A stretch of DNA of 64,000 nt from assembly GCA_964005815.1 (NCBI GenBank), contig CAXFSR010000043.1, positions 64,001-128,000 on the forward strand. Direction: 5' to 3'. The translations under genes were made by a program, and so were the position numbers. The notes beneath the pieces were generated by a model. That model saw nothing but the letters and a program-made list of their open reading frames with translations, was not told the DNA's origin and searched no databases. This document shows, one piece after another, positions 56,798-64,000 of this stretch. This DNA comes from an uncultured Nitrospinaceae bacterium. Its GTDB lineage: Bacteria > UBA8248. How positions within the stretch are numbered: position 1 is the first letter of the stretch; the number at the start of each line of letters is the position of its first letter.

Positions 56798-57511
56798 TTA
56801 TTCCTCTAACAATTTTTCAAATAATATAGACGCAAGTGTAATAGAGACTAAATCATATACGACAATCAATTTAACCCAATCCAATATTTGTTCCCATTCT
56901 TTGTTATTCAAAAGAATAGAAGTTGATTTAATTGATGCAATAATCAAAGGCACAAGAATTGGGAACATTAAGATCGGCAAGAAAATTTCCTTTAGATTGG
57001 TCTTGGCACTCAGAGTAGAAAAGAATGTCCCAATAGTAGCTATTCCTAATAAGGAGAGTGAACTAGTCAATATTAACAAAATATATCTTTCAGAAAATGG
57101 AGCACGAAAAAAAACTATCAGAAAAAAATATACAGAAACCTGTATGAAAAACAAGAATAAAACGTTAGGGATTAATTTCCCAAGAAAAAATGCAGAAGAA
57201 TCAACGGGAATAGTTAAATATTGACTAAGACCACCTGCTTCTTTTTCTATCATAGCCGAACGAGAAAATCCTAAAATTGATGCGAATAAAATCGAAATCC
57301 AAAACACCCCCGAATAGAGATCCATATTACTTTCACCAACACTTTTAAAGGAGATATCAAGGAAACCAAAAATAAGAGATATTACCAAGGCAAAAATCAA
57401 CATGAGTGGAATCATTTCTTTATTTCTTAATTCAATACGCAAATCCTTTTTTACAACCGCTAATATTACTGAAAAATATAGACTTATTTTATTCGACATA
57501 GTTTTAACCAT
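56798..57511 (-). CDS. ccmB: Heme exporter CcmB (start may be 57499)
   Basis: KDLRIE.R, E.E.G.L, FLGK, LPIL.FP..VP. Confidence 0.88.
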   Translation of the reverse strand: MVKTMSNKISLYFSVILAVVKKDLRIELRNKEMIPLMLIFALVISLIFGFLDISFKSVGESNMDLYSGVFWISILFASILGFSRSAMIEKEAGGLSQYLTIPVDSSAFFLGKLIPNVLFLFFIQVSVYFFLIVFFRAPFSERYILLILTSSLSLLGIATIGTFFSTLSAKTNLKEIFLPILMFPILVPLIIASIKSTSILLNNKEWEQILDWVKLIVVYDLVSITLASILFEKLLEE

Positions 57512-58226
57512 TCACAAGCTCAATAATTTCTTCATTTTTCAAAGCACCCACATCATCCAATGCAACTAATTTCCCTTTATCCAAAATTCCTATCTTGCTA
57601 CTTACATCCGATGCTCTTTCAAGAAAATGTGTAGAAAAAACAAAAAACCTTTCTTTTGGTGATCTGTTGAGGCAATCGAAATCAAAACCTCTTCTTATCA
57701 TTCCCATCAATAACTCTACAAATTTTCTATCTAAACTTACAAAAGGTTCGTCCATGAGAATTATTTCAGGATCATGAATAATTGACCTGACTATTGAAAC
57801 ACGTTTAACAAGACCTTCACTTAAATGACGCAATGGACGATCTAAAAAATTAAAAAAATCAAATACTGCACTCAACTCATTGATTCTTTCATCTTTTTCT
57901 TTCTTAGTTATTCCAAATAGCGAGGAATAGAAATCTAGATTCTCACGAATGCTAAGAGAATAATAAAGAAAAGGGCTATGAGGAACCATGCCAAGACTTC
58001 TACTTACAGATTCTCTTATGTTTTCTCCATCTAAAAGGATCTCTCCCTCACTAGGCTTACTAACCATACCAAATTGATTTAAAAGTGAAGTTTTTCCAGA
58101 CCCATTACTACCTAGAAGAACAAGTATTTCTCCTCTTTCAATAGTTAAATTAATTTCCTTTAGAACCCATATCTTCCCATAACGTTTTCCAATATTCACA
58201 GTCTCTAACAATACTTTTCCTTTCAA
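57504..58226 (-). CDS. ccmA: Heme ABC exporter ATPase CcmA
   Basis: G.NGSGKT, H.P.LY..L...ENL.F, LS.G..KR, LMDEPF..LD; adjacent to ccmB. Confidence 0.85.
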   Translation of the reverse strand: MKGKVLLETVNIGKRYGKIWVLKEINLTIERGEILVLLGSNGSGKTSLLNQFGMVSKPSEGEILLDGENIRESVSRSLGMVPHSPFLYYSLSIRENLDFYSSLFGITKKEKDERINELSAVFDFFNFLDRPLRHLSEGLVKRVSIVRSIIHDPEIILMDEPFVSLDRKFVELLMGMIRRGFDFDCLNRSPKERFFVFSTHFLERASDVSSKIGILDKGKLVALDDVGALKNEEIIELVNG

Positions 58227-58227
58227 C

Positions 58228-59059
58228 TTAAAGATCTAGTAGACGTGAAAAATAAAGCTCGCGTTCTTCTTTATATGATTCTTCTTCAATTCGACCTTGA
58301 GTTCTCAAGTCATCCAAAGACGCGATCTTTCGCAGTAATTGCTCCCTTTCATGAATACGTTTCAATTTTTTTACTCTCTTTCTCCTATACAAAAATGCAA
58401 AAGTAACACTTAAAATAAAAAGAGTAGCAAACAGAATATAGAAAAAATCTAATCTGCCTAAAGAATCAGGGGCTTTTAAATTTAATGAAAAATTACTTCC
58501 TGAGCGCAAAGGAAGGAGATATTGATTATACTCCTTTCCATTTAATTCAAGGACGCTAGAAACTCTAATTCCACTCATGTCTAATTGAACATTTTTACTA
58601 TTAGTCAATAGTGTGAAATTTGGAGAGTCAAAGAAAATTGGTTTTGTAAACTTAATTCCCCCATAACTATCAGCAAGTCTATATCGCAGAAGTATAAATT
58701 TTTCACCTTTCGGAAATGGTTCTTTAGATATTAATGTGGTCTTAGACATTTCATACATTCTAGGAGAAAGTCCCACAGGAGCCGAAGACCAAACAGCATT
58801 AGGATTTCGAACGTTACTACTAATTGGAAGAACAAACTTGAAAGTTGGAATATTTTTTTTTTGATTTCAAAAAAAAATCACTTTTATTTATAAAATTGAA
58901 GATTTCAGTCACCTCATAAAGTCCTTTTTGCAAATCTATGACCATCACATTCTTTGTTAAAAAAAGACTATGTGAAGAAAGATTTTCTTTTACCTTTGAA
59001 TAAACATCAGAACAAGACAAGAAAAACAGAAACATGACCAAGAAAAAATATCTACTCAT
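58228..59059 (-). pseudogene. ccm-operon accessory membrane protein split by a +1 frameshift in an A10 tract (276 aa if repaired)
   Basis: ORFs 58820-59059 and 58228-58776 join into one frame if A10 (58853-58862) is A9; signal/lipobox-like FLSC, then a TM, then LL..IA.LDD...G.I.EE.Y...R. Confidence 0.65.
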
Positions 59060-59610
59060 TTTATTTTTTGTCCACAATGAGAACAGAATTTATCTTCGGA
59101 AGTACATGAATGACCACACGAAGCACAAAAAAGTGTTTCAACTGACAGCACATTTTCTTTCTTTGATAAATCTTGATGGGAAATATTTTTCTTGTCAGGC
59201 TTTAGACTTGAATTCCTATATCGCAAAATCTCTTCTTCTATTTCATTTCTGACCTTTTTTTCATTTTCTGTACCTGCACTTAGACCATTTTCTTCGAATA
59301 TTGCATCTCCTTCCCTAACTCCTAAGGCTTCAAGCCTTCTTAAAACATTCAAGGCTTTTTCATTTAAAGGGTTTAGCAATTTAGAATAGTCTTCATCCGA
59401 AAGTTTTTTCATTGCCTTATCGAAACGCACTTCAAGAATATTCTTATATATATTATCACGTTCAATCATGAGACGAGAAATTCTTTTGTTTTGTTCCGAC
59501 ATACTATTCGTATGTAAAGAATTTACTGAAACACTAAAAAGTGGCCAAAAAGAAAAAACACAGGCCGCCAGAAAAAAAACAAACAGAATAGAGAGTGAGA
59601 TAAATTCCAT
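59056..59610 (-). CDS. CcmI-N-like membrane protein with C-terminal zinc ribbon
   Basis: TM ending in WPL, E..FD....KLS.EDY..L helix, FCASCG...KFCSHCG. Confidence 0.7.
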   Translation of the reverse strand: MEFISLSILFVFFLAACVFSFWPLFSVSVNSLHTNSMSEQNKRISRLMIERDNIYKNILEVRFDKAMKKLSDEDYSKLLNPLNEKALNVLRRLEALGVREGDAIFEENGLSAGTENEKKVRNEIEEEILRYRNSSLKPDKKNISHQDLSKKENVLSVETLFCASCGHSCTSEDKFCSHCGQKIK

Positions 59611-59613
59611 TGC

Positions 59614-61590
59614 TTATTCCTTCAGAATAAAAATCTGACCTTTCCTCCTTGACCATCTCTCAGGAAGAAAACAAATAATAGCTCCAAAAGAGAAAACTAT
59701 TCCGCCAAACCAAATCCAATTCAATAGTGGATTCACCATAAACTTAAAACTCGCAGATCCACTTGAATCCACATCCGAAAAAACAGCATAAACATCAGAC
59801 AGAAATCCTCTCCTTATTCCTGCTTCGGTAGTTGGCTGAGGTGGTGTGAAATAAACTCTTCTCTCAGGAGAAACTGATCCAATTTGATGACCCATACTGA
59901 ATACTGACAATCTGGCGCGAACAGCTCTGTAAGAGTCACTGAATTCCTGTTTAACGCCTTCATATCTTACCCTCACCGACCCAATATGAAAACTTTCACC
60001 AGGGCGCAGTCTAACCTCCTCTGTCACTTGATAAGCGGAAGAAGCTGCTACCCCTATAAACAATATCGCCATTCCCAAATGCACTATATATCCGCCAAAT
60101 CGTCTTTTGTTATTCATTGTAAGAAACCAAATACATGCAAAATATGAAAGTTTCATTCGTCCTTTTACCAATTTTGCACCTTTATGAAATTCTATAAAGA
60201 TTGCGCAAATTGAAAAAATCGATAGTGAAATAGCCATAACTCCATAAAGATGATGAATATTAAAAAACAAAAGTACGAAAGTTCCTAACAAACCTACAAA
60301 CGCAGGAAAAAGAAAACTCTTTTTCAATTGAGGTATTGAAGTTATCCTCCAAGCCATTAGTGGCCCAGCTCCAAGCAATAGCAATAAAAACATCCCCATT
60401 GGGACATTGACCTGGTCAAAGAACGGAGGTCCCACTGTAACTTTTATACCTTCAACAAGTTCTGATACAACAGGGAACATAGTTCCCCAAAAAATTGCAA
60501 ATGTCATAGATACAAAAACAACATTATTTAAAAGAAAACCGGCTTCCCTGGAAAAAAAACTTTCTAATTCATGCTCGCTTTTTAATTTTGACAATCGCAT
60601 AAAAACCAAAAAGAAAGAAATAAAAAGAGCAATTAAAAGATAAACCAAAAACACCCATCCAAAATTACTATTTGCAAAAGCATGAACACTCGACAAGATT
60701 CCACTTCTCGTGACAAAGGTCCCAAAAATTGTAAGCAAGTACGTCAAAATAATTAATACAACATTCCATACTTTAAGCATTCCTCTTTTCTCTTGAATTA
60801 TTATGGAATGCAGAAAAGCTGTACCTGTCAACCAAGGCATCAAACTTGCATTTTCCACCGGATCCCATGCCCAATATCCACCCCAACCTAATTCTTTATA
60901 TGCCCATGCCCCACCTAAAAGAATTCCAGTTCCGTTAAAAAACCAAGCAAAAAGTGTCCAACGACGAATTGTTTGTATCCACTCATTATCTAATTTGCCA
61001 GTCACGAGCGCTGCAATACAAAAAGAAAATGGAACTACATACCCTACATATCCTAAGTATAAATTTGGAGGATGTATTACCATTCCCCAATCTTGCAATA
61101 GGGGATTCAATCCTTTCCCATCAATAGGTGGAACATTATTTACATCAAAAGGCAAAGTCATAAAATTGAGTAAAAAAAGAAAGAAAAAAGCAGTTACCAT
61201 AAGAGTGCCAATGACATAAGGCATTAAATCTAAATTTCGTCTTTCATTCTGTCTAATCACTAAAAAACAATATACACAGAGCAGTAACAACCAAAGCATA
61301 AGACTGCCTTCTTGACCTCCCCAAAAAGCACTAAACCGATAGAAAGCTTCAAGTGAATTATTCACATGATCTGCTACATACTTTACTCTGTAATCACGGA
61401 TCAGAAGCAAATAAATAAGAGAACAACTTGCAGTGATAACTAAAAGAAAAACAGAGATCGCAGAATTACTGCCGACTTTCGTCAAACGATTATTTCTTAA
61501 AAATCCGCCGAAAAAAGAAAAGAAAATACTGGCAAGAGAAAGAATCAGAGCAAAGAAAATACTATACCTACCCAAATCAACTAAGAACAA
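59614..61590 (-). CDS. ccmF: Heme lyase CcmF
   Basis: WGGQEGS, GLNPLLQ, IHPP, WAY.ELGWGGYWAWDPVENAS, TRSG..SSVHAF, VHLG. Confidence 0.96.
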   Translation of the reverse strand: MFLVDLGRYSIFFALILSLASIFFSFFGGFLRNNRLTKVGSNSAISVFLLVITASCSLIYLLLIRDYRVKYVADHVNNSLEAFYRFSAFWGGQEGSLMLWLLLLCVYCFLVIRQNERRNLDLMPYVIGTLMVTAFFFLFLLNFMTLPFDVNNVPPIDGKGLNPLLQDWGMVIHPPNLYLGYVGYVVPFSFCIAALVTGKLDNEWIQTIRRWTLFAWFFNGTGILLGGAWAYKELGWGGYWAWDPVENASLMPWLTGTAFLHSIIIQEKRGMLKVWNVVLIILTYLLTIFGTFVTRSGILSSVHAFANSNFGWVFLVYLLIALFISFFLVFMRLSKLKSEHELESFFSREAGFLLNNVVFVSMTFAIFWGTMFPVVSELVEGIKVTVGPPFFDQVNVPMGMFLLLLLGAGPLMAWRITSIPQLKKSFLFPAFVGLLGTFVLLFFNIHHLYGVMAISLSIFSICAIFIEFHKGAKLVKGRMKLSYFACIWFLTMNNKRRFGGYIVHLGMAILFIGVAASSAYQVTEEVRLRPGESFHIGSVRVRYEGVKQEFSDSYRAVRARLSVFSMGHQIGSVSPERRVYFTPPQPTTEAGIRRGFLSDVYAVFSDVDSSGSASFKFMVNPLLNWIWFGGIVFSFGAIICFLPERWSRRKGQIFILKE

Positions 61591-61635
61591 TCAAATCACT
61601 CCAGAAAATAGAATTTTTGAAATTTATAAACTGCT

Positions 61636-62106
61636 CTATTCCTTCTTATTCTTTAAGCGTCGTTCTTTTGCCTTTTGCATAAGACGCATATGGTCTTCTG
61701 GCATTACTTCTCCTTTTTCTTTCATCTCTTCGAATTTTGAAGGACATGCAACCATTAAATTCTGAGCAACTAAAGTCCCCTCGCCATTCATTTTTCCTTC
61801 AGCAATAACTGGGAATCCATTTTCAAGCAGATCTGGAGGAACCCCTTTGTATGTGACTGACAGAGCACTCTCTTCCCCAAGTATTTTAAAAAATATCTGC
61901 ATCGTCTCTATTTTTTTTTCTAGAGAACCTTCAAGAATTTTGCCTTGTACTCTTATGGAAGTTGAACCTGGCTTACGTTTCACTACCTCATCTACTGTTA
62001 GGAAGTAAACTAAATTTTCACTTTTGAATCCAGAAATGGCCAAAAACAAAAAAGAAGAAAAAATAACAAAACCAGCAATCAGAAATTTGATTTTATTAGC
62101 GGACAT
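61636..62106 (-). CDS. ccmE: Heme chaperone CcmE, Cys-type (CPSKF)
   Basis: N-terminal TM, VYF.TV.E, V.Y.G..PD, V.AEG, CPSK motif. Confidence 0.9.
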   Translation of the reverse strand: MSANKIKFLIAGFVIFSSFLFLAISGFKSENLVYFLTVDEVVKRKPGSTSIRVQGKILEGSLEKKIETMQIFFKILGEESALSVTYKGVPPDLLENGFPVIAEGKMNGEGTLVAQNLMVACPSKFEEMKEKGEVMPEDHMRLMQKAKERRLKNKKE

Positions 62107-62199
62107 CTAACACCTTTTAAGAACAAAAAACTCAATACAAAACAAATAATACGACTCATCTTGTATGACATCAAGACAGGAATCAAAAGATAGACAAAT

Positions 62200-62243
62200 A
62201 AAAAATAAAAAAAGCCCAAGAAAGAAATTTCAATCTTGGGCTT
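62200..62243 (-). terminator. Intrinsic terminator of ilvC
   Basis: AAGCCCAAGA (62212-62221) / TCTTGGGCTT (62234-62243) stem with a long U-rich tail on the minus strand, about 20 nt after the stop. Confidence 0.8.
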
Positions 62244-62262
62244 AAGGATTTTAAAAATAATC

Positions 62263-63288
62263 TTACTTTACTTCACGATCTTCTATCCAGGGCATCATCC
62301 CTCTTAACCGTGCACCAACCACTTCAATTGGATGATCTTTTTCTTTCCTAACTACTGTATTAAAAGTAGGTCTTCCTACCATATTTTCATTAATCCATTC
62401 ACTAGCAAATTTGCCTGTTTGTATATCTTTGAGAATACCTCTCATTCTCTCTCTTGTAGAATCATCTATAACTTTTTTCCCACGTGTTATATCTCCATAT
62501 TCTGCTGTATCAGATACTGAATATCTCATCATAGTAATACCACCCTGATAAATAAGATCGGTAATTAATTTCACCTCATGGAGACATTCAAAATATGCAC
62601 ATGCCGGTTGATAACCAGCTTCAACAAGCGTCTCAAATGCAACTCTAATTAATTCAGAAATTCCGCCACAAAGAACAGCCTGTTCTCCAAATAAATCGGT
62701 TTCAGTTTCTTCTTCTATAGTTGTTTCAATAATTCCTGCCCTTGCACAACCAACGGCTTTACCATACGCAAGAGCATATTCTTTTGCTTTTCCTGTAGCA
62801 TCTTGAAAAACCGCAAGTAAACCAGGAACTCCACGTCCATCTTCATATTGAAAACGAAATGTATGACCAGGACTCTTAGGAGCAATCATAAAAACATCGA
62901 TATTCTCTGGTGGGATAATTTGCCCGTAATTTAAATTAAACCCGTGTGCCACGACTAAAGCTTGACCTTCTTCCATATTGGGCGCAATATCGTTATTCCA
63001 GATTTGCGGTTGGAGATGATCCTGTGTCAGAATGACGACTTGATCACCACTCTTAGCTGCTTCTGCAGTTTCTTGAACTTCCAAACCATCGTCCTCAGCT
63101 TGCTTCCACCTTGGAGAAGTTTTGCGAAGACCAACGATTACTTTCACTCCACTATCTTGTAAATTGAGTGCATGCGCTCGACCCTGACTTCCATAACCAA
63201 TAACAGAAACAGTCTTCCCTTGAAGTAAATTCAAGTCTGCATCAGCGTCATAATATATCTTTAAATCTTTTAGCAAATCATCATTCAT
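62263..63288 (-). CDS. ilvC: Ketol-acid reductoisomerase (class I)
   Basis: [57 protein letters not shown]. Confidence 0.97.
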   Translation of the reverse strand: MNDDLLKDLKIYYDADADLNLLQGKTVSVIGYGSQGRAHALNLQDSGVKVIVGLRKTSPRWKQAEDDGLEVQETAEAAKSGDQVVILTQDHLQPQIWNNDIAPNMEEGQALVVAHGFNLNYGQIIPPENIDVFMIAPKSPGHTFRFQYEDGRGVPGLLAVFQDATGKAKEYALAYGKAVGCARAGIIETTIEEETETDLFGEQAVLCGGISELIRVAFETLVEAGYQPACAYFECLHEVKLITDLIYQGGITMMRYSVSDTAEYGDITRGKKVIDDSTRERMRGILKDIQTGKFASEWINENMVGRPTFNTVVRKEKDHPIEVVGARLRGMMPWIEDREVK

Positions 63289-63449
63289 TTTTATATCTCC
63301 AGTTTTTTGTGAGAGATAGGAAGAACCAATACAGCCAGGCTGCTATCCATTAATTCTAATTTATTAAGAAAAAAACTCTGATAATCTAAGATTTATTGGT
63401 CGTATTAGTCAACATGCAAACTAAAAGGACTTCAAAAGAAAAAAAAAAC

Positions 63450-63974
63450 CTAAACCGAAGAAGTTATGACAGGCCTTCCAATCCCCTGAAAAATCCTTGT
63501 AACTTCATCTGTGATCCGAACTAGAGCATTATAAGTGTGTTCCGTTATAAACTGCCCTCTCTTCTCAAAATTCTTCAATTCTTCCTGTGAATCATGCGAA
63601 GCATCAAGACAAAAAGCTTTAACCTGAGAGGCAAACTCAAGAGATTCTGCATATGCGTACTTCGCCTGTTCAACTGAAGAAAAAGCAAAATCTTTTGCCT
63701 TTTCAAATATTTGTTTTTCTTCTGATTCCTTAAGATCAACCGTGATATCTTCTCTTTTTTCAAAAGAATCTGCTTTCATAAAAGCGTTTCTTGCATGTTC
63801 ATTAGCCCGTGATGCGGCACTAATCAGAGCATCAAAAGCTTCAGATATTGAAGACATTTGCTTTACTTCAACTGGTATCGTCGGGTCAGTCTGCGTACTC
63901 AATTGAGAAGTACTCTCCAACATAGCATCTTTTCTACGTTCATCGGCAATCTTGAGTGCTTCATCATCAACCAT
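63450..63974 (-). CDS. Hypothetical acidic, helical protein
   Basis: 174-aa ORF filling the available space, Ala/Glu-rich; no motif recognised. Confidence 0.6.
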   Translation of the reverse strand: MVDDEALKIADERRKDAMLESTSQLSTQTDPTIPVEVKQMSSISEAFDALISAASRANEHARNAFMKADSFEKREDITVDLKESEEKQIFEKAKDFAFSSVEQAKYAYAESLEFASQVKAFCLDASHDSQEELKNFEKRGQFITEHTYNALVRITDEVTRIFQGIGRPVITSSV

Positions 63975-64000
63975 AATATCAATTCTTTTTGCAACTACCC

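Noticed and set aside
63300..63360. Possible structured leader or attenuator before ilvC (CAGCCTGGCTG dyad)
   Set aside because: No Ile/Leu/Val-rich leader peptide, T-box or terminator; the dyad is too short to support a call
1..64000. Selenocysteine/stop read-through, tRNA, rRNA, riboswitches, prophage
   Set aside because: TGA-ending genes appear full length, intergenic spaces are short and AT-rich, and no such signatures were recognised by eye; an Infernal/tRNAscan run would be needed to exclude small RNAs

Overview
AT-rich (roughly one third G+C by eye), densely packed bacterial chromosomal window with about 70 protein-coding genes. I see no rRNA, tRNA, CRISPR array, integrase or transposase. 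Housekeeping genes (moeA, ygfZ-like, pckA, mce, ilvC) and a complete but atypical System I cytochrome c maturation operon (54.2-62.1 kb) surround a large small-molecule catabolism/transport region. That region is rich in paralogs: 7 cupin domains, 7 CMD/AhpD-like domains, 6 EamA/DMT transporters, 3 MFS, 2 CocE/NonD hydrolases, 2 PPOX/F420-type proteins and 2 ABC importers, with no recognisable transcription factor. Best candidate for an undescribed system: the 32.4-43.8 kb divergon (ABC importer whose binding protein has a Lys9 tail, three double-CMD proteins and two DMTs, opposite an SDR and a CocE). Several proteins have substitutions at normally conserved catalytic or ligand positions (nitrilase K>R, M20 D>N and E>I, LeuB-like Y>F, Rid lacking the catalytic Arg, CcmE CPSKF, CcmH SxxC). 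One ccm-operon gene is split by an A10 tract, and livH has no canonical start codon upstream of its conserved N-terminus. Family calls come from motif recognition by eye, not database searches. The taxon cannot be established from this window.
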